Origin: Candidatus Latescibacterota bacterium
GTDB taxonomy: Bacteria > Latescibacterota > UBA2968 > UBA8231
Assembly: GCA_963422735.1 (NCBI GenBank)
Contig: OY730476.1
Coordinates: forward strand, 2,176,001-2,240,000
Length of the DNA stretch: 64,000 bases
Direction: 5' to 3'
A program made the translations under genes and the position numbers. Under the pieces are notes generated by a model. That model searched no databases. It worked only from the letters and a program-made list of their open reading frames with translations, and was not told the DNA's origin. This document shows positions 39,997 through 52,566 of the stretch, in pieces. How positions within the stretch are numbered: position 1 is the first letter of the stretch; every line of letters begins with the position of its first letter.

Positions 39997-40014
39997 GACC
40001 GCTCCCTTCGCATC

Positions 40015-42234
40015 ATGCCTTATGTAATGCCCTTTTTGTTTTCATTCGCGATTTCGGCTAGCTACGCCGACTCGCTCTCCCAAGTGGAAAGCCATCAAAA
40101 AATGGTGGCCCTCTTGGAGGAGGTTCACGCGCAAAATCTCGACGAGAACCCCTATCAGGGCGAGGGTCGGCTACGACAGTTAGAAGATCAGTTGCAGGCG
40201 CTACCCGATGTAGCCCCCGTCCAAGACCGAATCCGTCTCCTTTTTCGCCTAGGGATCGCCGAACTTTTCTTGGGACGGGAACGCCGCGCCCTAGACCGTC
40301 TCACTGCTGCCGAAAAGATGCTCGCGGCCCAACACTCGGTCCCTTCTCAGGTCGTCAATGAGATACGCTTTCGCCTAGGGCTGGCGTGGCTGCGCTTGGG
40401 GGAAACCCAAAACTGCGTCCTCAACCCCAACGCCGACCACTGCATCCTGCCCATTCGCCCAAGCGGCGTCCATACCCTCCCCAAAGGGTCGCGCCAGGCC
40501 ATCCCCTATTTCCAAGCTGTACTCGGTCACACCGCCGCAGAGGAGCGCTTGCACCTAAGTGCCCGCTGGCTGCTCAACATCGCCTATATGACCTTAGGGC
40601 AGTATCCCGAGGGAGTGCCGCCCGCTCATCGGATTCCCCCCAAAGCCTTTGAATCTCAAGCAGCGTTTCCGCGCTGGGTCAATGTGGCTCCTGCGCTCGG
40701 ACTGGATACCTTCAGCCTCTCGGGTGGGGCTGTGGCCGACGACTTCGACGGCGACGGGTACCTCGATTTCTTCGTCTCGACATCGGACTTGGCCGGACAA
40801 CTGCGCTTTTTCCGCAATGGGGGGGACGGCACCTTTGCGGACCGGACCGAGGCGGCCAACCTCAACGGGCTGTTGGGAGGACTCAACTTGGTGCAAGCTG
40901 ACTACGACAACGACGGCCACCTCGACCTGCTCGTCCTGCGTGGGGCTTGGTTCGGCGAGCATGGCCAGCACCCCAATTCGCTGCTGCGAAATGCGGGAGA
41001 TGGCACTTTCTTCGACGCGACCTTTGCCGCCGGCTTAGGGCAAGCCCACTACCCAACCCAAACCGCCGCCTGGGCCGACTACGACCTCGACGGCGACCTT
41101 GACCTCTACATCGGCAATGAAACCACTGACACCTTTGTGGCCCCCGGCCAACTCTTTCAAAACCAAGGCGACGGTACCTTCACCGATGTGGCCCCCGCCG
41201 CCGGCATTGACCAATACGCCCACGCCAAAGCCGTCGTCTGGGGTGACTACGACGGGGACCGCTGGCCCGATTTATACGTGTCCAACCTCGGACAGCCCAA
41301 TCGGCTCTACCACAATCAAGGCGACGGCACTTTTACCGATGTGGCCCCCACCGCTGGCGTTGTTGCCCCTCGGGCTAGCTTCCCGGCCTGGTTCTGGGAC
41401 TTCGACAACGACGGCCACCTCGACCTATTCGTCGCTGCATACTCGGCCACCGTCGCCGACATCGCCGCCGCGCATTTAGGCCACCCGGTGTCCGTGGAGA
41501 AGGCGCGCCTGTATCGCGGCGATGGCCAAGGCGGTTTTGCGGACGTGTCCCAAGACCGCCACCTCGCGCAGCCGACCAAACCTATGGGGGCCAATTTTGG
41601 CGATGTGGACCACGATGGATTTTTGGATGTGTACTTGGGCACCGGCGATACCGATTACGCCGAGTTGATGCCCAACGTGCTGTATTGGAACCAAGCGGGT
41701 CAGCGCTTTGTCGATGTGACTTTTGCCAGCGGGTTAGGGCATCTGCAAAAGGGGCATGGGGTCGTCTTTGCCGATGTGGACCACGATGGCGATGTGGACC
41801 TGTTCGAGCAGATGGGCGGGGCCTATCGCGGCGACGGATTCGCAGATGTGCTATATGAAAACCCAGGGTTTGGGCACGGCTGGCTGGCGGTCGAGGTGGT
41901 GGGAGTGGCGTCGAATCGGTCGGGGATCGGGACGCAGCTACGGGTAGATGTGGTGGAGGGAAACCAAAGGAGATCGCTGCACCGGTGGGTGGGCAGCGGC
42001 GGCAGTTTCGGCGGCAATCCGCTGCGTCAGTACGTGGGATTGGGTGCAGCGGAGCGGGTGGCGCAGCTAGTGGTTTTTTGGCCGAAAAGTGGCAGGGAGC
42101 AGGTGTTTGATGAAGTGCCATTGAACGCGATCGTCCGGGCCACCGAGGGACGAGACCAACTGGAGATTTTAGCTTTGCCCTCTCTTAAGTTCGATGTCGA
42201 ACATTCAAAACGGTCCGAGCACCATCTACATTAA
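40015..42234 (+). CDS. CRTAC1/ASPIC-UnbV family protein with FG-GAP repeats
   Basis: Repeated DxDxDGxxD motifs; C-terminal SNRSGIG, GGSFG..PL..VGLG, VFWP. Confidence 0.9.
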   Translation: MPYVMPFLFSFAISASYADSLSQVESHQKMVALLEEVHAQNLDENPYQGEGRLRQLEDQLQALPDVAPVQDRIRLLFRLGIAELFLGRERRALDRLTAAEKMLAAQHSVPSQVVNEIRFRLGLAWLRLGETQNCVLNPNADHCILPIRPSGVHTLPKGSRQAIPYFQAVLGHTAAEERLHLSARWLLNIAYMTLGQYPEGVPPAHRIPPKAFESQAAFPRWVNVAPALGLDTFSLSGGAVADDFDGDGYLDFFVSTSDLAGQLRFFRNGGDGTFADRTEAANLNGLLGGLNLVQADYDNDGHLDLLVLRGAWFGEHGQHPNSLLRNAGDGTFFDATFAAGLGQAHYPTQTAAWADYDLDGDLDLYIGNETTDTFVAPGQLFQNQGDGTFTDVAPAAGIDQYAHAKAVVWGDYDGDRWPDLYVSNLGQPNRLYHNQGDGTFTDVAPTAGVVAPRASFPAWFWDFDNDGHLDLFVAAYSATVADIAAAHLGHPVSVEKARLYRGDGQGGFADVSQDRHLAQPTKPMGANFGDVDHDGFLDVYLGTGDTDYAELMPNVLYWNQAGQRFVDVTFASGLGHLQKGHGVVFADVDHDGDVDLFEQMGGAYRGDGFADVLYENPGFGHGWLAVEVVGVASNRSGIGTQLRVDVVEGNQRRSLHRWVGSGGSFGGNPLRQYVGLGAAERVAQLVVFWPKSGREQVFDEVPLNAIVRATEGRDQLEILALPSLKFDVEHSKRSEHHLH

Positions 42235-42455
42235 TCAATAGTGCTAGTTAGGCTGATAGCGGTCCTAGGTACTTCCTACGCTGAGATTGCCACACCTTTC
42301 AGCCTAGGAGCGTCTCCATGGCCACGACCGAGTTTATAATAATTGACGTTACGCCGTTTTAGGTGCGTGGGCCGGATGAGACCTACCATCCGTTACAGAC
42401 TGACGTTGCGTAGCGCCTTGGCGTTAGGTGCTCGTGCGTACCATCCGTACGTTTA

Positions 42456-43205
42456 TTGCCTGAAGCCACTGATGTGGCAGCAGAGTTTTTTCTATTTGGG
42501 GTTTGTGTGCTTTTGGCTGGGGTACTCTGGTTCATTCCCATTCCCGAAAACCTACCGGTCAAAGGTTGGCATGTCTTTTCGGTTTTTATCGCTGTGATTA
42601 CGAGCTTTATTTTTCTTCTAGCAAAGCCTTTATTGAAGGACACCCGTGAAGCGCAAGCAGTCACGCGAAGGGATCTTGAGGAGATAGGCAGGTGGAGCAA
42701 GGGCGAAAAGATTATAGGGGTCGTGTTGCCGGTCCTGCCCCTATTGTGGGTGACCAAACCGTTGCATGGAACGCATACAAAGTTGGTCGCTCGGATTGGT
42801 GTATCAATTCTACTCATCACCAATACCGAAAAATGGCAGGATAGGGTGGAGAACGACAAAGCGTGGGAGACGCTGATATGGATTGATGGTTTGCTGACTA
42901 TGGAGAAAAGCCTCAGAGAGCACGGGTTCATTGATTGGTTTGCACAGACCGTCGGCGTGTGGTTTGCTGATGTCAGCGGTATAACGGTCGTCTTGGTTAT
43001 GGCACTAATTTACTTCTATTCGATGTACAGTTTTTCGACGTTGTCAGCGCACATTGCTGCGAAGGGTACTGTGTTTTTAGCTATGTCTCTAGGCACGGGC
43101 ACCGGCGATGCTCACGGTCGCCATATTCGCATATTTTTCTAACCTCTGTGGGTGTACGACCAACTACTCGACGGGGCCGGTGATTATCTACTTTGGTCTG
43201 GATTA
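42456..43205 (+). pseudogene. DASS-family dicarboxylate transporter remnant
   Basis: LWFIPIPENL..GWH, AWETLIW, YFYSMYSF, TNYSTGP..IYFG; middle missing and frameshifted; lower GC. Confidence 0.75.
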
Positions 43206-43353
43206 TGTATCTCGATATCCTCGAAGGAGGCGATGTGGATGGCTGCGACGAAATGGCCGTCTGCGCCGGGGATCGGCCCGCCTTCGATGCTCCCTAATTC
43301 GGCGACTACCAGCGCTAGTATCCACGCGGGTTTCTTCGTCGAACTCGCTCACG

Positions 43354-44187
43354 TTACCCTTCTTGCGCCGCCCGCGTAATCGCCGCGATTTTGTCGGCAA
43401 AGCGTACTTGGCTGTCGTCTTGGGGCGCGTAGCCGATTACTCGTCGGGCAGTGGCTAGGCTCCAGAAGTTGTGCGCGTTGCCGCTGATGCCGTAGAAAAT
43501 CTGGAAGGGCACGCCGTTGGCGTCGCGGATGTCCTCGGTCTCAATACTCTTGATTACCAGTTGCACTTGGTCTCGCACGCTGAGATAGGCCCCCAAGCCT
43601 CGGTGCATTTGCTGTAGGTCGTTGCCGCAGCCGTCGATGTCGGTCTCGCGGGGGCCACCGATGCGCAATTGCACATTTTCCAAGATCGGCCCCTCCTCAC
43701 CACAAGCAAACATGAAGCCCAGTAGTTCGTACGATGCCTTGGCCCAACCGTAGAAGTTGTCCGATAGCGGCAGCATATCGGGCGTGACAAAGTCCATGCG
43801 CCCCGACCAGATCAGATTTTCGTAGTAGTCGGCTGCGTGGTTGGAGCTGACGATCACGGCTCGCCGCACGCCCTCGTCTTGGCAGACCCGGTACACATTG
43901 TGGGCCATGGTGATATTGTTGGCCTCGTTCCAGAAGCGTCGTTCTCCCCGACCGGTTGAGATAAAGCCGCAGTGGACCACCGCGTCGGCACCTTTGAAGT
44001 GTTCACGGTATTTGTCGCGGTCTTTCTCCACCAGATCGGCGATGTGGACTCCTGCTACCTCTTCGCCTTGGCGATTAGTCATTTTTACATCTAGCAGAAC
44101 GGTTTCGTAGCGTTCCTGTAGGGCCGGCAACATGCGGCCGGCGACGTACCCGGCGGCACCGGTGACGACGATTTTGTGTTTGGTCAT
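43354..44187 (-). CDS. NAD-dependent epimerase/dehydratase (uronate-dehydrogenase-like)
   Basis: VTGAAG, SSNHA, YGWAK, LRIG. Confidence 0.88.
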   Translation of the reverse strand: MTKHKIVVTGAAGYVAGRMLPALQERYETVLLDVKMTNRQGEEVAGVHIADLVEKDRDKYREHFKGADAVVHCGFISTGRGERRFWNEANNITMAHNVYRVCQDEGVRRAVIVSSNHAADYYENLIWSGRMDFVTPDMLPLSDNFYGWAKASYELLGFMFACGEEGPILENVQLRIGGPRETDIDGCGNDLQQMHRGLGAYLSVRDQVQLVIKSIETEDIRDANGVPFQIFYGISGNAHNFWSLATARRVIGYAPQDDSQVRFADKIAAITRAAQEG

Positions 44188-44268
44188 GGATTCTTCCTAA
44201 GCTGTAAGTTCTGTTGAAGATTCTGGTTGATCGACGGCTGACGCGATTGCTTCGGCATGCAGACTTAA

Positions 44269-45078
44269 CTACACCTCCAACACAGGGCGGTCCAACCGTG
44301 CGTGATAGGGCGGCTCGAGGACTTTGCGCTGCTCGTCGGTCAAAAGGGCGAGCATGTCTTCGGGCCAGTTGTGGGCCACATAGGCGAGGTTGCCCGGTGA
44401 GAAGCGGAAGAGCGCGGTGCGGCGGTCGTGGTCGGCTGTCCAAGGCAAGGTGCCGTGGGTGGTGGCCTCGGTGAATAGGACGCAGTCGCCGGCGTTGCAA
44501 GTAATCTGCTTGATGAACTCGCGATATGCCTCGCCGCGCCGAAGCGCCATCGGGCAGGGATAGTTGCCCTTGTGACTGCCTGGGATCAAACACAACCCCC
44601 CGTCGCCCTCGCGGATGTCTGCGAGCTGATAGGCGGCCACGGTCAGGCCGTTGTGCATCTTGCCGTCTTTGAAGATGTAGTACTGATGGCGGTCAAAGCC
44701 GGGGCCAGACGACCCGTGCAAGAGGTGGCCCTCGGCCTCTTTGCGCATGGTGATGATGCCGAGATTGTGATCGAGGCGGAACCCTTCGCCCAAAATCTCG
44801 TGCAGGTAGGGCACCACCTTGGGGTTGATCAGCATGTCGCGGAAAGGGCGGCCATGCGGGTCGGGCCACGAGAGAGCGCCGCCGAGGTCGCCGCGTCCAG
44901 TGACGCCTTCGAGCGCCTTGGAGCCGGCCGACAGCGACAGTTCGCCGATGCGCTCGCGGACCTGATCGGCATGGCGGTCAATGGCCTCGTTGGCCAGCGC
45001 GATGTTCTCGGCCGACAAAACGTTGCGCACGACGATGTAGCCGTTGAGATCAAAAAAATATTTTTCGTCTTCGTTCAT
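44269..45078 (-). CDS. PhyH-family dioxygenase
   Basis: YFFDLNGY, LHG, IPGSHK, AGDCVLFTEATTHGT. Confidence 0.88.
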   Translation of the reverse strand: MNEDEKYFFDLNGYIVVRNVLSAENIALANEAIDRHADQVRERIGELSLSAGSKALEGVTGRGDLGGALSWPDPHGRPFRDMLINPKVVPYLHEILGEGFRLDHNLGIITMRKEAEGHLLHGSSGPGFDRHQYYIFKDGKMHNGLTVAAYQLADIREGDGGLCLIPGSHKGNYPCPMALRRGEAYREFIKQITCNAGDCVLFTEATTHGTLPWTADHDRRTALFRFSPGNLAYVAHNWPEDMLALLTDEQRKVLEPPYHARLDRPVLEV

Positions 45079-46346
45079 CTAACATTCCTCTTTCCATAAA
45101 GGGCCGTCGGCCGTAGCCCGCCACAGTTCCTCAAAGTGCTCGGGGTCTTTGTCCGCGTCCCAGAATTCGGTGGTGAGCGGGTTGGCATACGAAGGTGGCC
45201 GGCCGGGGATGCCTTGGCGGTGCAAGCGGTCGTGGAAGCGCAGGTTGTCGGTGGAGCCGCTCGGCTCGGGATCGTGGCGCAAATACGCGGTGAGACCACC
45301 TGCGGAGCGAATGCGGATCAAGAAGCGGCCTTTATCGACCGGGGCCGCGCTGGTCAGTTTTTCCAATTGTGCGCGATCAAGTTCAACCCCTAGCCCCGGC
45401 CCATCGGGCACGGCGACACTGCCGTCGATTACAGGCATAGGCTCTGTGACGACGTCCTCCTGCCACAGGTGGCAGAGATTGACGTGATCAATGGTGGCCA
45501 TTTTGAACACCGCTACCTCGTGGGCTAAGAAGGCTTGGTTGATCGCGCCGCCGGTTTGTTGGTACATGAGGGGCGTGTTGAGACGCTCGGCAATGGCGGC
45601 TTGTTTGACAGCATTGCCGATGGGGGCGTGCCCGGCCATGGTCCCATCGACGTAGCGCTTGGTCATGGCTTCGGCTGGGACGTGGTGGCCGATGATGGGC
45701 AGCGGGCACTGCTCGCGCAACATGCGGTAGGCATCTTCGTCCGTGCCTTGGACTACATCTTCAAAGCGGCCGGCGACCCGGAACTTGACCAACTCGGCGA
45801 GAATAGTCCGCATGGTGTAGTAGTTGCTGTTGGCATTGAAGTCGTAGTGGACCTTGAAATAGGGTGGGGCGGCCTCCTGCATGGCTTCGGTTTGGGCGAT
45901 GACGTCCTGCATTTCATCGACGTGGTATTTGATCCAGTGATAGCCTTGGGCGGCGGCTTGGCGCACCTCTTCGGCCATGGCGTTTGGGGCTTGGGCCACG
46001 GTCCAAGCGGCGACTGGGATCCACGAGCGGACCTGGGGCCGATCAGCTTCCACGCGGGGATGCCGAGGTGCTTGCCCATTAGGTCGTAGCAGGCCATGTT
46101 CATGGCGAGGTCCTGCTCGGCATTGATCCAGTCAAAGGGCGAAGTACCGATGTATCTTTCGCGCAATGCATCGCCGTCTGGTGCGTCGCCGATGTTCTCG
46201 CCGAGGCCCTCTAGGCCGTTGTCCGTGTGGACGACGAGGATGGCACGGCGTTGGATGCGCTCGCCGTGGTAGCGGGCCAGCGACAGGGCGTTGAAATCGC
46301 AATACGGTGGGCAGATAGCGTGGACTTCGATGTCGGTGATGTGCAT
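45079..46346 (-). pseudogene. Enolase-superfamily enzyme with a single frameshift (~46035)
   Basis: MHITDIEV...YDLMGK..WKLIGP then shifted VRSWIPV...VPDGPGLG; the shift falls in a short C-run and may be a sequencing error. Confidence 0.8.
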
Positions 46347-46438
46347 GGGACGGGCCGGGAAAAGGGTGGGGTGCGTTCGCAAGTGGGTCTAGTATAGCAG
46401 TACGCAATTGCTTCGGCAACCGAGAAATGGGAGGTCTT

Positions 46439-47281
46439 GTGGAAGCTGAGATAAAGGAGAAAGTGGATCAATTGCGCCGCGAGGGGTGGTGCGTCTTGGA
46501 GCAGATTATTCCGGCGGACGCCATAGACCGAATGCGGGCGCACGTACAAGAAGCGCACGAAAAGGCGCAGCAGGACTACGAGGCCATGGGCGGGAATATC
46601 GGGCGGCAGACCGGGCCCAACGGCGAGCCGGGCGTTTGCCTGATCGCGTATTTGCCGGAGTTTGCTCCGTATCTAGGCGACGAGCGTTTGTTGGGGGTGG
46701 CGCGGGCGGTTTTTGGAGGGCACGTGCGGATCGCGCAGACCGAGTTTAAGATGCAAGTACCCAACCGCGAGGACTTGGACTGGCGCGGCTTTCATTCAGA
46801 TTGGCCACACGATCTGACCGACAGGGATCTCGCCGGCCGGGTGGCTCAGCCCTTCCCGGACGCGACCATGCAGCTATCGGTGTTGTGGATGCTGTCGCCG
46901 TTTGGCCCAGAGACGGGCGGGACGTGGGTGGTGCCGCGCAGTCACCGCGACCCACTCAACCCGCGGATGCACCAGACGCCCGAAGGGCTAGAAGAGCGGA
47001 TTGACCAGTTCAAGCCGATTCGCGGGGAGACCCAAGTCGTCGGTCCGGCTGGCAGTGCGCTGGTGATGGACAGCCGGATATGGCATTCGACCGCGGCGAA
47101 TCCCAGCCCAGAGCCGCGAGTGGCGATCATCACGCGCTATTGTCCGTGGTGGTTGAGCGTGGAATTTGGGGGGCGCAACAATGCGATTGTGCCGAGGGCG
47201 ACCTACGAGGCCCTGCCGGAGGCAGTTAAGCCGCTCTATCGGCACCGGGCCGAGGGGGGGGTGGATGCGTTTTGGGGGTGA
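46439..47281 (+). CDS. PhyH-family dioxygenase
   Basis: LRREGW, FHSD, GGTWVVPRSH, DSRIWH; GGAGG RBS before GTG. Confidence 0.88.
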   Translation: MEAEIKEKVDQLRREGWCVLEQIIPADAIDRMRAHVQEAHEKAQQDYEAMGGNIGRQTGPNGEPGVCLIAYLPEFAPYLGDERLLGVARAVFGGHVRIAQTEFKMQVPNREDLDWRGFHSDWPHDLTDRDLAGRVAQPFPDATMQLSVLWMLSPFGPETGGTWVVPRSHRDPLNPRMHQTPEGLEERIDQFKPIRGETQVVGPAGSALVMDSRIWHSTAANPSPEPRVAIITRYCPWWLSVEFGGRNNAIVPRATYEALPEAVKPLYRHRAEGGVDAFWG

Positions 47282-47320
47282 GAGAGGGCAGTTTATTCTT
47301 CTTCGTCTTTGTATTTTTTC

Positions 47321-48102
<782 letters not shown>

Positions 48103-48343
48103 TCAGCAGGGCATGGACTCCTGTTTCGGGATTGGGGAGGAGCGATTTCGAGTGCGGTTCTGCCTCGCCTAGCCGTCGCAGCCGTTCTCTGACATTTCGT
48201 TCTGTCTGCTCGACGAGATTCTTGGTTCGGTGTCAACGGGCTAAGCCTCATTGAAGCATGGAAATTTTCGGTTTCTTTCTCGCGCCTAAGGCGTATATCT
48301 TCCGGGTCGCAAGGCCCGGCTTCATTGAATAAGGAGACGCGCA

Positions 48344-49708
48344 GTGCCCAACAAACCGCCGAATGTCGTTCTCGTCTTCGCCGACCAATGGCGTGCCCAA
48401 GCCTTGGGGTACGCTGGCGACCCCAATGTGCAAACCCCCAATCTGGACGCGCTAGCCAGCCGCAGCGTCAACTGCACCCACGCGGTGTCTGGCTGCTCGG
48501 TGTGCTCACCTGCGCGAGCCTCGCTCCTGACCGGTCAATACCCCCTCACGCACGGAGTCTTCGTCAACGACGTGGAGCTGGGCCAAGACGCCACGAGCCT
48601 CGCGCAGGCTTTTAGCGCAGGTGGCTACGACACAGCCTATATCGGCAAGTGGCACGTCAATGGCCGGGGCCGGAGCCGCTATATTCCGCCCGAGCGGCGG
48701 CAGGGCTTCGAGTACTGGAAGGTGCTCGAATGCACCCACGACTACAACCATTCCGCGTACTATGCCGGCGACTCGGACGAGCGACTCGTGTGGGAGGGCT
48801 ACGATGCCTTGGCCCAAACCCGCGACGCCCAAGCGTACCTGCACAACCGAGGCAGCTTCACCTCGACTTCGGGCGAGTTCAAGCCCTTTTTACTGGTCCT
48901 ATCGTGGGGACCGCCGCACGCTCCCTATCACACGGCACCGGAAGCGTACCAAGCTCGGTACGATCCAGCAGCTATTGCCTTGCGGCCCAACGTGCCGGCC
49001 GACTGGGCCGAAAGTGCGCGGCAGTGGCTCGCCGGATACTACGCCCATTGCACGGCCCTAGACGACTGCGTCGGCATGTTGCTCCAGACCTTACAGGAGG
49101 ACTTGGAGCAAGAGACTATCTTTCTATTTTTTTCGGATCACGGCGACATGCTCGGCTCGCAGGGTATGGACAAAAAGCAAAAGCCCTACGAAGAGTCCAT
49201 CCGCGTACCGTTCCTGTTGCGCTATCCGGGGATGGGTGCCGCCGGCCGACAGCTCGACGCGCTGATCGACCTGCCAGACATCATGCCGACGCTACTGGGC
49301 CTGTGCGGCTTACCGATTCCTTCCACCGTGGAGGGAATCGACTTTTCCGAGTACCTGCAAGGCGGCCCAGACCCCTCGGACGGCACCGCGCTCTTGCAGT
49401 GTCCCCATCCCTTTGGGCAGTGGTGGACCGGCGTCGGCGGCCGGTCCTATCGGGGCCTACGCACCCGCCGCCACACGTACGTGCGCGCCTTAGAGGGGCC
49501 GTGGCTGCTCTACGACAACGAGGCCGACCCCTTCCAACAGGACAACCTCGTGGGACAGCCCGACCATCAGAGCTTGCTAGACGAATTAGACGCGACCCTA
49601 ACGCGCCGCCTCGCCGCAGCCGACGACCCCTTCCTCCCCGGCCCGGCCTATCTCGAACGCTGGGGGTACCAAGTAGATGCGCGAGGCACCGTTCCCTACA
49701 CTGGATGA
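48344..49708 (+). CDS. Sulfatase (formylglycine-dependent)
   Basis: CSPARAS (CxPxR), IGKWH, PPHAPY, SDHG. Confidence 0.93.
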   Translation: MPNKPPNVVLVFADQWRAQALGYAGDPNVQTPNLDALASRSVNCTHAVSGCSVCSPARASLLTGQYPLTHGVFVNDVELGQDATSLAQAFSAGGYDTAYIGKWHVNGRGRSRYIPPERRQGFEYWKVLECTHDYNHSAYYAGDSDERLVWEGYDALAQTRDAQAYLHNRGSFTSTSGEFKPFLLVLSWGPPHAPYHTAPEAYQARYDPAAIALRPNVPADWAESARQWLAGYYAHCTALDDCVGMLLQTLQEDLEQETIFLFFSDHGDMLGSQGMDKKQKPYEESIRVPFLLRYPGMGAAGRQLDALIDLPDIMPTLLGLCGLPIPSTVEGIDFSEYLQGGPDPSDGTALLQCPHPFGQWWTGVGGRSYRGLRTRRHTYVRALEGPWLLYDNEADPFQQDNLVGQPDHQSLLDELDATLTRRLAAADDPFLPGPAYLERWGYQVDARGTVPYTG

Positions 49709-49930
49709 GGAGTGAAACCCTAAGAATCTGTCTGAAACCCCTAGCGGCCTGTCACGCCTGCTCCACCCGTCCTTTAGGCAGGATAGGCGTGGTGAAGCGG
49801 ACGGCGGCCAACACGGCAGCCGGCCTTGGGCGAAGCCGCCACGTTTGCACCGCCTAAAGTTGGCGTATATGCGCATGCGCTCGGGGCGCACCCGGAATTT
49901 TAAGACAGCTTCTAAACAAAGGAGCACGAC

Positions 49931-50917
49931 ATGTATAAAGCTGGAGTCATTGGCTGCCGCGGCATTGGCGTGGCCCACGCCACTGGGATTGTCGGGTCGG
50001 ATCGCGCCAGCCTCGCGGCGGCTTGCGACCTCGACGAAGCGACCCTCCGCGAGTTTGAGCAACGCTGGCCGGACGCAAGCCTTGCCCTGTACCGCGATCA
50101 CCGCGAGATGCTCGCCCGAGAATCGCTGGACATCGTCACCGTCGCCACCTCGGATCACCGCCACGCCGACCTAGTCGTCGATGCGGCCAACGCCGGGGCC
50201 AAGGGCATCTTCTGCGAAAAGCCGCTGGCCACCAACCTCGCCGACGCCGACCGCATGATCGCCGCTTGCAACGCCAACAATACCACCCTATCGGTTGATC
50301 ACACCCGGCGCTTCATACCCCTGTGGCGGCACGCCAAAGAAGAAATCGTCGATCGAGGCCTCATCGGCCCTGTGCAGTACGTCGTCGGCGCGCTTTCCGG
50401 CCCCCGAGCCATGCTTTTCCGCAACGGCACCCACACCCTCGACGCTATATGCTACTACGCAGGCGCGCAGCCCCAGTGGGTGGTGGCTGAATTGGAAGAA
50501 GGGTACGAGGACTACGCCGAGTACCGCGGCGATGGCGGGCACGTGCCGGCCACTGAGCCAGGGGCCAACGGGTACATCCACTTTTCTGGGGGGGTGCGGG
50601 GTTTCTACATTGGCGGCTCTAAGACCACGCCAGCACCCAAGCAGCAAATCGAAGTAGTCGGCACCACTGGACGAGTACTCCTCGGCAGCGACAGCGGCAC
50701 CCTATATCGCGACGAAGAGCCAGAACCCCTCGCGCCGCCGACTTGGCCGGTCGAGGGCATCCCTGCCGGCATCCACGAACTGATCGCATCCATGGACCAA
50801 GGGGTCGAGTCGGTCTCGCCGGGCCAGGCTGGCCACCTCGTAGTAGAGCTGATTATCGGATTTTTAGAATCGCAAAAACAGGGCAACGTACCGGTGCCTA
50901 TCCCAGTACCTAGGTAA
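49931..50917 (+). CDS. Gfo/Idh/MocA family oxidoreductase
   Basis: GVIGCRGIG, CEKPLA, GTH..D. Confidence 0.9.
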   Translation: MYKAGVIGCRGIGVAHATGIVGSDRASLAAACDLDEATLREFEQRWPDASLALYRDHREMLARESLDIVTVATSDHRHADLVVDAANAGAKGIFCEKPLATNLADADRMIAACNANNTTLSVDHTRRFIPLWRHAKEEIVDRGLIGPVQYVVGALSGPRAMLFRNGTHTLDAICYYAGAQPQWVVAELEEGYEDYAEYRGDGGHVPATEPGANGYIHFSGGVRGFYIGGSKTTPAPKQQIEVVGTTGRVLLGSDSGTLYRDEEPEPLAPPTWPVEGIPAGIHELIASMDQGVESVSPGQAGHLVVELIIGFLESQKQGNVPVPIPVPR

Positions 50918-50938
50918 TAACCGACGCCCGTTGGCTCC

Positions 50939-50964
50939 GTAGGGGCGTCCCTTGTGGACGCTCT
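50939..50964 (+). repeat. GTAG-type REP palindrome between convergent genes
   Basis: GTAGGGGCGTCCCTTGTGGACGCTCT. Confidence 0.65.
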
Positions 50965-50974
50965 CTTTTTACGC

Positions 50975-51340
50975 CTAGTCCAAATCCACGACCACCCGGC
51001 CGGCCTCCACGTTAGCCGGATAGGTCCGCACCCGCACCTTTTCGGGTTCGCAGAGCGAGCGGCCCGTGCGCACATCGTATTCCCAGCCGTGCCACGGACA
51101 GCTCAGAATTTCGCCCGCGCACCCCAAGACAATCTCGTCCCCTGGGCAATGCGCTAGCGCCGTACCCTCAATTCGGCCGGCCGACAGGCGCGCTCCTTGG
51201 TGCGGGCAAACATCGCGGAGCGCGTAGCAGGTACTTCCCTGCCGCACGATGGCCAAGCCTCGCCCCCCGACCTCGACTCGGCGGACCTCGCCGTCGGCAA
51301 AGGCATCGATCGGACCTACGTCAACGCGCCGCGAACCCAT
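50975..51340 (-). CDS. Rieske [2Fe-2S] ferredoxin
   Basis: CPHQG...CPWHGWEYD; start overlaps the upstream gene by 20 nt. Confidence 0.9.
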   Translation of the reverse strand: MGSRRVDVGPIDAFADGEVRRVEVGGRGLAIVRQGSTCYALRDVCPHQGARLSAGRIEGTALAHCPGDEIVLGCAGEILSCPWHGWEYDVRTGRSLCEPEKVRVRTYPANVEAGRVVVDLD

Positions 51341-52415
51341 AAAATGCCTCGGCATTATCGACCATGATGCCCTGGCGCAATGCGTTGTCAATCGCCGGTG
51401 GCAGGGCACGGGCCGGCGAGTCAAAGTCCCAATGCGGATAGTCGGTGGCGAACATCAAGAAATCCTCGCAGCCGATCATGTCGATGATGTGCAACAAGTG
51501 CTGAGGGTCGTCTGGCTCTTCCATGGGCTGGGTCGTGGCGCGGCAGTGCTCGCGGATGTATTCGCTGGGCCGCTTCTTCAGCCACGGCACCTCGCTGCGC
51601 AAGCCCCGGTAGTTTTTGTCTAGCCGCCACATCAGCCCGGGCAACCACGCGAATCCCCCCTCGATAAGCGCGACGCGTAGATCTGGGAACTCGCAGAACA
51701 CCCCTTCGCAAACAACGCTGGTGACCTGCGCCTCAAAGGCTTGCGACATGGCCGTGTGATCTTCGATGTAATAGGAAGGCCAGCCGCAGGCCGTAATGGG
51801 CTGGCCACTGCCGCCGAAGTGGATTCCCACCGGCAGGCCGACCTCGCAGGCCGCGGCAAAAATCGGTCTGAACTGCCGCTTGCCATACGGCGCACTCGAC
51901 CGCACCAAGAGCAACACCTGCACAAAGCGCGGATCTGCCGCCGACCGCTTGATTTCCGCGGCCGCCTCCGCCGGATCGTTGGCATTGACCACAATTGAGC
52001 CGCGCCAGCGCGAATCGCGGTCGAGCCAAGCGTGCGCGGTCCACTCGTTGACTGCGCGCATCAGCGCATTGGCAAAATCGAGGTTGTGCAGGGACGTCAT
52101 GCCGTAGAGCGGGTTGAGCACGGCCACGTCAATGCCCCAAGCGTCGAGCAACTGGGTGCGCGCAAAATCGGGATCGCCGCCCGGCCTTAAGCCCGAAGGC
52201 GGCCAAGCATCGCGCCGCGCAGCTTGGGCAAACCCCTTGGGATAAATCGGCCCGGACGGGCCGCTAAACCCGGATTGCCGCACGTACGCCTGCCAGCGCG
52301 CCGACAAATAGGGCATGAGGTCGTCGATAGAGTTCGGATAGTTGTGGACATCGCAGTCGATCAGCGAAACGTCAGCCGAGGACGCGACTTCGACGGCGTA
52401 TTCGGTTTGGGACAT
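51321..52415 (-). CDS. Amidohydrolase_2 family protein
   Basis: [25 protein letters not shown]. Confidence 0.92.
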   Translation of the reverse strand: MSQTEYAVEVASSADVSLIDCDVHNYPNSIDDLMPYLSARWQAYVRQSGFSGPSGPIYPKGFAQAARRDAWPPSGLRPGGDPDFARTQLLDAWGIDVAVLNPLYGMTSLHNLDFANALMRAVNEWTAHAWLDRDSRWRGSIVVNANDPAEAAAEIKRSAADPRFVQVLLLVRSSAPYGKRQFRPIFAAACEVGLPVGIHFGGSGQPITACGWPSYYIEDHTAMSQAFEAQVTSVVCEGVFCEFPDLRVALIEGGFAWLPGLMWRLDKNYRGLRSEVPWLKKRPSEYIREHCRATTQPMEEPDDPQHLLHIIDMIGCEDFLMFATDYPHWDFDSPARALPPAIDNALRQGIMVDNAEAFYGFAAR

Positions 52416-52566
52416 GATAGCGATTGCTTGGTGAAGGGTGAAGGGCGGGTGGTTTCTATTGAAGAATGGGGCGAACATAGGCTGCGTCAATTCCTCACTC
52501 CTCGCAGGTTGACGCGGGAGGAGCAGATTTGTTCGCCAGCCTTGTTTAGTAGTATAATATCCCACT

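Noticed and set aside
46020-46050. Programmed frameshift in the enolase-family gene
   Set aside because: No slippery heptamer or stimulatory structure; a 1-nt deletion or sequencing error is simpler.
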